A stretch of DNA of 64,000 bases from a virus: positions 1 through 64,000 of the IMG/VR virus record IMGVR_UViG_3300032006_002703. One strand, 5' to 3'. Below, piece by piece: positions 1 to 6,041 of the stretch. How positions within the stretch are numbered: the stretch's first letter is position 1; every line of letters begins with the position of its first letter. Made by a program: the position numbers and the translations under genes. Under the pieces are notes generated by a model. The model did not search any database, was not told the DNA's origin, and saw nothing but the letters and a program-made list of their open reading frames with translations.

Positions 1-243
1 ATTTTTAAGGTTTTTTGCACGAAAAAAATCTCCCGAAGTCCTTGAGCTTCAGTGGTTTCCGCAGAAAAAAAAGTCGAGAATGACTTTTGGGGCGTTTTTG
101 CTCCGCTCTACATGAAAAAAACTTTATTTTTTTTCTCCTTGAGCATCAACGACTTAGGTCGCTAGAAGATAGTCGCAAAAGATTTTGCTTGCGATTTCCT
201 CATTTTCTGTCATACTATACTTATAACAATCGAGAAAGACCTT
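1..243 (+). repeat. Diverged ~240-bp direct repeat, copy 1 (may extend left of the window)
   Basis: Aligns by eye with 2614-2857: ATTTTTAAGGTTTTTTGCACGAAAAAAATC...GAAAAAAAGTCGAGAAT...TTTTTGCTCCGC...GATTTTGCTTGCGATTT...GAGAAAGACCTTT. Confidence 0.9.
189..216 (+). promoter_or_regulatory. Putative sigma70-type early promoter (TTGCGA-16-CATACT, TG extension)
   Basis: Same architecture as the promoter at 2802-2829 in the second repeat copy. Confidence 0.55.
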
Positions 244-251
244 TAGAAATT

Positions 252-536
252 ATGTCAAACTTAGTAAACATTCCAGAGTCCATCAAGGACATTAAAAACG
301 CCATCGCTCGCAGAATGACCATTCTTGCAGAGTGGAACGCTATGCTTGCAAAAACTCGTTGCAAGGTTCGTCGCCATACTCGCCAGTTGCAAGCCGATGC
401 AACTAAAGCACAGATTACCTTGTTGCGTGAGGCTCTCGCTAGTGCTGAAAAGCAAGCTGAAATCAACAAAGCAAAACAATTTGTTGCCAGTCTCGCAAGT
501 GTCCGAAAAGACTGGGAAAATGGTCTTTTTGACTGA
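252..536 (+). CDS. Hypothetical early protein, helical/coiled-coil (94 aa)
   Basis: Start moved from TTG 87, which lies inside the repeat/promoter, to ATG 252 (MSNLVNIPES). Confidence 0.7.
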   Translation: MSNLVNIPESIKDIKNAIARRMTILAEWNAMLAKTRCKVRRHTRQLQADATKAQITLLREALASAEKQAEINKAKQFVASLASVRKDWENGLFD

Positions 537-545
537 AAAAAAACC

Positions 546-574
546 TTGACAAAAACCACTTTATTTGCTAGAAT
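546..574 (+). promoter_or_regulatory. sigma70 promoter TTGACA-17-TAGAAT, leaderless
   Basis: ATG 582 follows the -10 box after 7 nt. Confidence 0.85.
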
Positions 575-581
575 TATTATT

Positions 582-1049
582 ATGATTAAGATTGAAAAAC
601 TATTCACCACTTTAGAAAACCTCTTGAAGTCTCACGATTGGACTTTCGACTTCAGCGATGACCACAGCGTTTGGACTCGTGGAAATGAAGAACGAGAACG
701 CTTGCGTTCGCTTGCTCTCGCATTAGGCGAACATGATGCAGAACGAGTTTCTAATCTTTGGAACGCTTTTTGTCCCGATGGGTTTGAGCGTTCAACTGAA
801 AGTTTCGAGCCTAAAAAGCCAGAAGTTAAATGGCGTTTGCGTGAAGGCGTAAAGCCAAACCGCAGATTTCGATTTGCAGACATTAACAAAATTCGCCGTG
901 AGTTGGGCGATGAAAACCTTGAGACTGCAGAAAGTCGCAAGGAAGCAGTCTTTCGCCTAACATGGGGAGTTGAGCCTAACGAGCTTGAAAAGGAAATTGG
1001 TTTCATTTTCCATATGCCTTCGCATCCCGATTTGTGCGAGATTGCTTAA
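582..1049 (+). CDS. Hypothetical phage early protein with HDWxFxxSDD motif
   Basis: Starts MIKIEK at the predicted TSS; LKSHDWTFDFSDDHSVWTRG resembles a motif common in small phage proteins. Confidence 0.8.
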   Translation: MIKIEKLFTTLENLLKSHDWTFDFSDDHSVWTRGNEERERLRSLALALGEHDAERVSNLWNAFCPDGFERSTESFEPKKPEVKWRLREGVKPNRRFRFADINKIRRELGDENLETAESRKEAVFRLTWGVEPNELEKEIGFIFHMPSHPDLCEIA

Positions 1050-1050
1050 A

Positions 1051-1116
1051 ATGATTTTTTTGATTGCAACGGGTTTTTTTATTGGCGTAATGTTAGAACT
1101 AACAAAGGAAAACTGA
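1051..1116 (+). CDS. Small hydrophobic peptide MIFLIATGFFIGVMLELTKEN
   Basis: Starts 1 nt after the upstream stop; TGATG coupling to the next ORF. Confidence 0.5.
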   Translation: MIFLIATGFFIGVMLELTKEN

Positions 1117-1232
1117 TGAACATATATGATTGTCTTATTCTCTTACCAATGGCAGTAGCTACTGGAGTCTATTATTGGGATTTATTCACTTGGAAAAGTG
1201 ACCTTTTCGAGCCTGTAGAAACAGACTCGTAA
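1116..1232 (+). CDS. Small membrane peptide (38 aa, MNIYDCLILLPMAVATGVYYWDLF...)
   Basis: Translationally coupled; its TAA stop is the first 3 nt of the palindromic site at 1230. Confidence 0.55.
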   Translation: MNIYDCLILLPMAVATGVYYWDLFTWKSDLFEPVETDS

Positions 1233-1304
1233 CCCTTTGGGCAACAAGGCTTTAGGGCGGCGCCCTGGCTTGCGACGCGTAAACCCTTGCGTTTCAAGGA
1301 CTTG
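1230..1304. repeat. 75-bp bipartite element 1 (25-bp palindrome + 25-bp GC-rich spacer + 25-bp palindrome)
   Basis: TAACCCTTTG-GGCAA-CAAGGCTTTA / GGGCGGCGCCCTGGCTTGCGACGCG / TAAACCCTTG-CGTTT-CAAGGACTTG. Confidence 0.85.
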
Positions 1305-1408
1305 CGACTAAAGTTAATTTTATTTGATTTTTTTGAAGTTTTTTTCGCGTGTTTCCATTAAGCTTTGGGCGCCAGCAAGATGCGACGCAAACTTTTTTCA
1401 ACTTTTAC

Positions 1409-1437
1409 TTGACAAAGGGGTAAAGGTGTGTTATATT
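1409..1437 (+). promoter_or_regulatory. sigma70 promoter TTGACA-17-TATATT
   Basis: Near-consensus; this transcript has a leader with TAAGGT upstream of ATG 1474. Confidence 0.8.
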
Positions 1438-1473
1438 GTATCTAGAAAGTCAAGTTAAGGTAAGGTAAAAATT

Positions 1474-1614
1474 ATGAACGAAATCAGAAAAGAAATCTCT
1501 ATCCTTCGGGAAACCCTTGAGGACTGTGTCCTCACCATCGCCGAAAAGGTTGCGATTCGCAACCAAATCGGTCAACTGCAAGACGAGCTTGCCCGCTTGT
1601 CCCATGAGGACTAA
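1474..1614 (+). CDS. Small coiled-coil protein (46 aa, MNEIRKEISILRETLEDC...)
   Basis: Not in the ORF track; follows a promoter and SD-like TAAGGT. Confidence 0.65.
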   Translation: MNEIRKEISILRETLEDCVLTIAEKVAIRNQIGQLQDELARLSHED

Positions 1615-1618
1615 ACCA

Positions 1619-1735
1619 ATGCAACCAAAAATCCGCAGTAAGGTTTTATTCACTAAATCCCGCCCACACAAGCGGAAAAACAAAGTCCTTGACCGCAAGC
1701 GAAAGCACAAGAGAAAAGTGCAAGAAATTAATTGA
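1619..1735 (+). CDS. Small basic peptide (38 aa) with FTKSRPHK...RKxKHK, ArfA-like tail
   Basis: MQPKIRSKVLFTKSRPHKRKNKVLDRKRKHKRKVQEIN; paralogue at 3332-3439. Confidence 0.7.
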   Translation: MQPKIRSKVLFTKSRPHKRKNKVLDRKRKHKRKVQEIN

Positions 1736-1744
1736 AAGTTTTTC

Positions 1745-1773
1745 TTGACAAAACCAACTTTTTCCGTTATATT
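1745..1773 (+). promoter_or_regulatory. sigma70 promoter TTGACA-17-TATATT, leaderless
   Basis: ATG 1780 follows the -10 box after 6 nt. Confidence 0.85.
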
Positions 1774-1779
1774 GTTACT

Positions 1780-2052
1780 ATGATTAAGATTAAAAAAGAC
1801 TTCTGGACTCAGCAAGATGTCCCCATGATTCACTTTCGACAAGCTCGCATTGAGGTCACGCTTGCCAATGGCGAGCAGTTCGGCACGATTAAGACCTTGC
1901 CATTTCAAGACGATGCACCGACTAAAGCTCAATGGCTTGAAAGCGTGCAAAACCAGTTTGGCGAAGTTGCCGACATTACCTTCACCGATTGGGGCGTCCA
2001 ATCTGCCAAAGCTCCAAAGGGACACCCTGCATGGAGGTCGCTCGATGTTTAA
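1780..2052 (+). CDS. Hypothetical early protein (90 aa)
   Basis: MIKIKK start at the predicted TSS. Confidence 0.75.
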   Translation: MIKIKKDFWTQQDVPMIHFRQARIEVTLANGEQFGTIKTLPFQDDAPTKAQWLESVQNQFGEVADITFTDWGVQSAKAPKGHPAWRSLDV

Positions 2053-2299
2053 GCAATTTCTTTTTCAAACTCTTTTGCGTTGCAAGTATCATGTGGGATT
2101 TTCCCACAAGAGGCATTGGCTCAGAAAGTATTTTTGGCGTTTAGAATCCGCTCGCAAGTTTGCGGAACAAACGGCATTGACTTCTGTCGGTGGTGCGTCA
2201 ATCGTTTGGCGTAAGGACTTCAAGCCAATGTTTACGGCTCGCCCTCTCGTTAACTACTCAATCCACGAAGACGCAAAAAACTTTTCGACAAACATATAA
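2045..2299 (+). CDS. Hypothetical basic protein (84 aa)
   Basis: ATG 2045 preceded by GGAGG; overlaps the upstream stop. Confidence 0.6.
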   Translation: MFKQFLFQTLLRCKYHVGFSHKRHWLRKYFWRLESARKFAEQTALTSVGGASIVWRKDFKPMFTARPLVNYSIHEDAKNFSTNI

Positions 2300-2301
2300 C
2301 C

Positions 2302-2538
2302 ATGAAAACATTATCCGATTCTCTCAACTGCATGGCATTCACAGCTTGCTTTTATTTAACGCTCGCCTCTTTTGGGCTTTTCCTTATGGGCTTATGGTCA
2401 TGGATTCAGCTTGCAACAGGCTTCCCAACTTCCGCAACTGGCTTGCAAGTTTTTGCTGTGCTTTTGGTCGGTGGGCTTTTTACTTTGCTCGGCACAATCG
2501 GATTGGGCAAGATTTGGGACGCATTACTTAATCGCTAA
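2302..2538 (+). CDS. Small two-TM membrane protein
   Basis: Two hydrophobic stretches; its TAA stop is the first 3 nt of the site at 2536. Confidence 0.7.
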   Translation: MKTLSDSLNCMAFTACFYLTLASFGLFLMGLWSWIQLATGFPTSATGLQVFAVLLVGGLFTLLGTIGLGKIWDALLNR

Positions 2539-2610
2539 ACCTTTGGTGTTCAAGGGTTTAAGGCTTGGCCTTGGCCCGCGGCGCGCAAACCTTTGGTAGT
2601 CAAGAGGTTA
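2536..2610. repeat. 75-bp bipartite element 2
   Basis: TAAACCTTTG-GTGTT-CAAGGGTTTA / AGGCTTGGCCTTGGCCCGCGGCGCG / CAAACCTTTG-GTAGT-CAAGAGGTTA. Confidence 0.9.
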
Positions 2611-2613
2611 CGT

Positions 2614-2857
2614 ATTTTTAAGGTTTTTTGCACGAAAAAAATCTTTGGAAGTCTTTGATTACCAATGATTTCGGCCAGAAAAAAAGTCGAGAATTGGTTT
2701 TTGGGCATTTTTGCTCCGCACGAAGTGATTTTTTTTTACTTTTTTTTCTCTTTGATTATCAGTAGTTTACGCATCTGAGAGCTAATCGAATACGATTTTG
2801 CTTGCGATTTTCTGAGATTCTGTCATTATAGGGTTATGAAAATTGAGAAAGACCTTT
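2614..2857 (+). repeat. Diverged ~240-bp direct repeat, copy 2
   Basis: Matches 1-243; contains two degenerate 25-bp sites (2648-2672, 2745-2769), a promoter (2802-2829) and the first codons of the 2836 ORF. Confidence 0.9.
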
Positions 2858-3141
2858 CACACATCGCCAACGCAGTCGCATTGGCTAACGCTAGCAACAA
2901 CGCAGTTGCTCCACAATTCGCTGACTTGCTCGCTTCCTTGCAAGAGGAAAAGCTCGCTGAGGAGTTTACTCTTGAGCATGGCACTCAACACGCCTCGAAA
3001 GAGGACATCGAACAAGAGTTCGTTTCTCTTGACGCAGTCGAGTCCGACAAGGACGACATTGACGAAAACGATGAGGAGCAAGTCGATATGGATTGCGTAA
3101 GCGGTTCATTCGCTGACCTTTTCGACACTATCGAAAGCTAA
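2836..3141 (+). CDS. Highly acidic hypothetical protein (101 aa)
   Basis: Leaderless MKIEKD start 6 nt after CATTAT; D/E-rich C-terminal half. Confidence 0.8.
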   Translation: MKIEKDLSHIANAVALANASNNAVAPQFADLLASLQEEKLAEEFTLEHGTQHASKEDIEQEFVSLDAVESDKDDIDENDEEQVDMDCVSGSFADLFDTIES

Positions 3142-3173
3142 CATTTTAACCTAAAACTATAACCAAAACAATT

Positions 3174-3323
3174 ATGTTCATACTACAATCAATTCCTTTT
3201 GCCTCAAAATCCGACTGGGTCACAGAATCCATTCCCTTGCTCCGCAAGCAAGCCGAAGCCTTGCTGAAGGCTCGCATTGCTAACGCCACAGGGAAACGCA
3301 GGTTTCGCCTGACAAAGGTGTAA
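3174..3323 (+). CDS. Small hypothetical protein (49 aa, MFILQSIPFASKSDW...)
   Basis: Not in the ORF track; fills the gap between co-oriented genes. Confidence 0.55.
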   Translation: MFILQSIPFASKSDWVTESIPLLRKQAEALLKARIANATGKRRFRLTKV

Positions 3324-3331
3324 GAGTCACC

Positions 3332-3439
3332 ATGCCAAAGGTAAAGGTCAGAGTTCCTTTCGTATTCACGAAGTCACGCCCTCACAAGTCGAAGGTTAAG
3401 TATAACCGCAAACCCAAACATAAGAAAGACTTATCATAA
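3332..3439 (+). CDS. Small basic peptide (35 aa), ArfA-like YxRKxKH tail
   Basis: MPKVKVRVPFVFTKSRPHKSKVKYNRKPKHKKDLS; shares FTKSRPHK with 1619-1735. Confidence 0.7.
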   Translation: MPKVKVRVPFVFTKSRPHKSKVKYNRKPKHKKDLS

Positions 3440-3513
3440 TGATTGAATTGATTTGTGCAATTGGATTTCCTTTCGTACTGCTCGCTGTGGTAGTATGGTG
3501 CTGGCCATCCTAA
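3439..3513 (+). CDS. Single-TM peptide (24 aa, MIELICAIGFPFVLLAVVVWCWPS)
   Basis: TAATG coupling; its stop is the first 3 nt of the site at 3511. Confidence 0.5.
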   Translation: MIELICAIGFPFVLLAVVVWCWPS

Positions 3514-3585
3514 CCTACTGAGTATCAAGGGTTTAGGGCCTGGCAGCCAGGGCTGGTATGTAAACCCTTGGTATACAGTACCTTA
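3511..3585. repeat. 75-bp bipartite element 3
   Basis: TAACCTACTG-AGTAT-CAAGGGTTTA / GGGCCTGGCAGCCAGGGCTGGTATG / TAAACCCTTG-GTATA-CAGTACCTTA. Confidence 0.85.
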
Positions 3586-3635
3586 GGGTAGTAGTATAGG
3601 ACAAGAAGATAGTTGTATATTCTTGCCCATATGGC

Positions 3636-3664
3636 TTGACAAGAGGCTAGTTCTATGCTATATT
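3636..3664 (+). promoter_or_regulatory. sigma70 promoter TTGACA-17-TATATT
   Basis: Near-consensus with TG extension; very short leader before ATG 3678. Confidence 0.8.
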
Positions 3665-3677
3665 ATAGTATATTAAG

Positions 3678-4019
3678 ATGATGAATGTGACAGGAGATTT
3701 CGTATTTAAGCCAACGCCACTGACCCGTGCTCAAGCCTGTGCAGCTAAGCGTATGTGGGCACGCTGGCAAGCTCATACTACTGGCAACACTTATGTGCTT
3801 TATGTGCAGAACAGAACAAGCAAGCACGCCTTTAGGGTAATGGGTCACGGCAAGAATCCATCGCAAGCGGTTAGGCGTTACTATAAGGGGATTGACAACC
3901 GAGGCAATTGGATATGGCAATGCACAAAGGTGGTTGCAGTATACTCTTGCGTATGCGACAAGTCCACACAGGCAGGTGACTTGCTAGTTGGACAAGCTCA
4001 AGACAGAGCACCATGGTGA
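3678..4019 (+). CDS. Hypothetical early protein (113 aa)
   Basis: ORF directly after the promoter. Confidence 0.7.
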   Translation: MMNVTGDFVFKPTPLTRAQACAAKRMWARWQAHTTGNTYVLYVQNRTSKHAFRVMGHGKNPSQAVRRYYKGIDNRGNWIWQCTKVVAVYSCVCDKSTQAGDLLVGQAQDRAPW

Positions 4020-4027
4020 GAAAAGAC

Positions 4028-4056
4028 TTGACAAGTTTAACTTTATTCTATATTAT
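4028..4056 (+). promoter_or_regulatory. sigma70 promoter TTGACA-17-TATTAT, leaderless
   Basis: ATG 4064 follows the -10 box after 7 nt. Confidence 0.8.
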
Positions 4057-4063
4057 TATGCTT

Positions 4064-4255
4064 ATGATTAAACAAGAGATAGAAAGACTCGTTTCGCTTT
4101 TGCAAGCGATGACATTGCAACGCACGACTGCCATCCGTGAGGGTAGGCTTTCCGAAGCCGAACAGATTCGCTCTGTGCAAGAGGACATTGACCACAAGAT
4201 TCAAGAGTTGACTTGCCTCGCACAGGTTGAGGTTGGCATTCGTCAAAGGGGATAA
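4064..4255 (+). CDS. Small helical-hairpin protein (63 aa)
   Basis: MIKQEIERL start at the predicted TSS. Confidence 0.7.
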   Translation: MIKQEIERLVSLLQAMTLQRTTAIREGRLSEAEQIRSVQEDIDHKIQELTCLAQVEVGIRQRG

Positions 4256-4256
4256 G

Positions 4257-4367
4257 ATGAGAGAGTATAGAAATCTAATTCTTTGCGGCATCTTATATAC
4301 TGCATTCGCTGGGCTAATGGTTGGTTGCTTTTATTTGGGTTGCCTGTTGAGCGTCGTAACCAATTAA
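4257..4367 (+). CDS. Single-TM peptide (36 aa, MREYRNLILCGILYTAFAGLMVGCFYLGCLL...)
   Basis: Starts 1 nt after the upstream stop; ends inside the site at 4357. Confidence 0.55.
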   Translation: MREYRNLILCGILYTAFAGLMVGCFYLGCLLSVVTN

Positions 4368-4431
4368 GCCTCAAGGGTTTACGAGCGGGGCCTGGCGGGG
4401 CACCCTTAAACCATTGATCACCAAGGGTTTA
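4357..4431. repeat. 75-bp bipartite element 4
   Basis: TAACCAATTA-AGCCT-CAAGGGTTTA / CGAGCGGGGCCTGGCGGGGCACCCT / TAAACCATTG-ATCAC-CAAGGGTTTA. Confidence 0.85.
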
Positions 4432-4436
4432 GGTGC

Positions 4437-4613
4437 TCACTGGATGAGCTTGCGGAGACCACGAGAGTCTCCCCAATCACCGAGAACGAGATGGAGAATT
4501 TGGGAGCTACCCCAACGACGGACTTCCGCCAACTCTCCGCACTGGAGCACAGAGAGAACAACAAACAGACCATCCCAACGGTCAAGAACGATATCACCTT
4601 TTTCGATTTTCAT
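4437..4613 (-). CDS. Small beta-rich (SH3/KOW-like) protein, 58 aa
   Basis: Not in the ORF track; MKIEKGDIVLDRWDGLFVV; leaderless behind TTGACA(4648-4643)-17-TATTCT. Confidence 0.7.
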   Translation of the reverse strand: MKIEKGDIVLDRWDGLFVVLSVLQCGELAEVRRWGSSQILHLVLGDWGDSRGLRKLIQ

Positions 4614-4656
4614 AATTGAAGAATATATTATTTAGAGTTAAATGTCAAGAACTTTT

Positions 4657-4836
4657 TTAAGAAAAAAATGGGTGGAGCTTAACTTGCCACGGCATGAAAG
4701 CAAAACGCTTTTGTGAGCGATACAAACGGCAAAGGATTTGCTTACCGAGTCGGTCAGTCCTATAATCTGCATCGACAACTTGAAAAATGCGACCACTGCG
4801 GTCTACTACTACATCGTTATTTTTTATCTTAATCAT
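4657..4836 (-). CDS. Small beta-rich (SH3/KOW-like) protein, 59 aa
   Basis: Not in the ORF track; MIKIKNNDVVVDRSGRIFQVV; leaderless behind TTTACA-17-TATTGT. Confidence 0.7.
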   Translation of the reverse strand: MIKIKNNDVVVDRSGRIFQVVDADYRTDRLGKQILCRLYRSQKRFAFMPWQVKLHPFFS

Positions 4837-4911
4837 ACCTATACAATAGCAAAAAAAGACCCTTTTGTAAAGCCTAAAATTCTACTATTTTTTTGGATTA
4901 TTCTACTGCAC

Positions 4912-4936
4912 TAACTCATTGATTGGCAGGGGGTTA
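4912..4936. repeat. Single 25-bp palindromic site closing the early region
   Basis: TAACTCATTG-ATTGG-CAGGGGGTTA fits the TAAACCYTTG-N5-CAAGGGTTTA consensus. Confidence 0.7.
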
Positions 4937-5085
4937 CACTCCCCTCCCCCTTGCTACCCTACCCCTTTTCTGAAATCATTTCGATCTCATACGGCTAGAT
5001 TTTTGCGGGGGGTACTATTTTTCAATATCGAATTTAAAAACAATGCTATAACATACAATCCTCAAATCGGCGGCACTCAAAAAAA

Positions 5086-5346
5086 TCAGCGCCTATAAAT
5101 ATATTTAAGCATTAATAATAAATACGCAAAATTAAGTGCGGAAACAAGCGCTAAAGCAGCAATAGTATACCAGAATTCTGAAATTTGAATAAAAAAGAAC
5201 AATGTCCAAAAATTCCAAATCGCAAAAAACAAAATACTCAATTTGCTGTACCCCTTAACACTCTTATCTTTATAGAGTGTTAAAAGGTTTAGCAAATAAA
5301 AAATCGCGGCAACAAAAATAAATATGCTGTTGATTTTGTCATACAT
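5086..5346 (-). CDS. SemiSWEET/PQ-loop-like 3-TM membrane protein
   Basis: Three hydrophobic helices with LYKDKSVKGYS loop. Confidence 0.55.
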   Translation of the reverse strand: MYDKINSIFIFVAAIFYLLNLLTLYKDKSVKGYSKLSILFFAIWNFWTLFFFIQISEFWYTIAALALVSALNFAYLLLMLKYIYRR

Positions 5347-5355
5347 GAATCATTT

Positions 5356-5736
5356 TTATTTGCGCCACGGGGAGCCATCGCATTTATCAACTAATTTTCT
5401 TACGTAATCTTTTAGAACTTCTTGCTGCTCTTCCCAGGGGAGGTCTTTAGACACATACCAATGTTCTATTTTTTTAGAATACAAACCTCTGTCCCTCCAG
5501 TCGGGTGGATTTGTGTCCATTAATATAATATAATCCGCTTCTTCACATTCTTTTGATGTTACCGTTTCTTTCATTTCGCACATGGCCATCGCTACCCTGG
5601 AAGAAGGCCAGCGACCAATGCCGTGAACACTCATCATAAACAATGCTGCGTTCTTGTTTAACTCATCGAAGAATTTCTTGCAAAATTCTGTTCTTTTTCC
5701 AATGCCTCTCATCGAGACGAATAATACTTTTTTCAT
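5356..5736 (-). CDS. LMW protein-tyrosine-phosphatase/ArsC-like fold, catalytic motif degenerate
   Basis: KKVLFVS..., EEADYIILMD, IEHW; lacks the CX5R loop. Confidence 0.5.
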   Translation of the reverse strand: MKKVLFVSMRGIGKRTEFCKKFFDELNKNAALFMMSVHGIGRWPSSRVAMAMCEMKETVTSKECEEADYIILMDTNPPDWRDRGLYSKKIEHWYVSKDLPWEEQQEVLKDYVRKLVDKCDGSPWRK

Positions 5737-6041
5737 TTTTTGTCCTTATATAGAATAATTTTATTGTCTTGTACGAGCATGCGGGCGTTAATTGTCACAT
5801 GTTCTATCGCTTTATCCATTCGGTCCATCCATTTTTCGGTGAACCTGCACCATTCTTCTATTTTGTGGATTGTAATTTTACTTGCGTGAATTTTTCCACG
5901 TTGAAGAGTGTGGTTAATATCTTCTAGAGCTTCGCTCGAATGATATACATTATAGTATTGTTTACTTTTTCCGACCGAAAGACCAGAGTGATAAACTATT
6001 CTATAGCTCATAGGTCTTGGGTGTCGATTTTTCTTTTTCAC
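5733..6041 (-). CDS. Hypothetical protein
   Basis: ATGA-coupled ORF in operon. Confidence 0.7.
   Translation of the reverse strand: MKKKNRHPRPMSYRIVYHSGLSVGKSKQYYNVYHSSEALEDINHTLQRGKIHASKITIHKIEEWCRFTEKWMDRMDKAIEHVTINARMLVQDNKIILYKDKK

Noticed and set aside
1255-4406. GC-rich spacers as intrinsic terminators
   Set aside because: Stems are short or have 1-3 nt loops and lack an adjacent U-tract, unlike the clear terminators at 31320 and 63867.
1230-4431. 75-bp elements as mini-CRISPR arrays (repeat-spacer-repeat)
   Set aside because: The repeats differ at many positions within a pair, the spacers share a biased GC-rich composition rather than looking like captured foreign DNA, and no cas operon is present. 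The Cas4-like nuclease lies in the replication module.
87-4635. ORF-track calls such as 221-610(-), 632-1006(-), 1450-2025(-), 2190-2531(+) and 4414-4635(+), and upstream TTG/GTG starts
   Set aside because: They overlap better-supported promoter-linked genes or run through promoters and repeats. Several TTG starts are the TTG of a TTGACA box.
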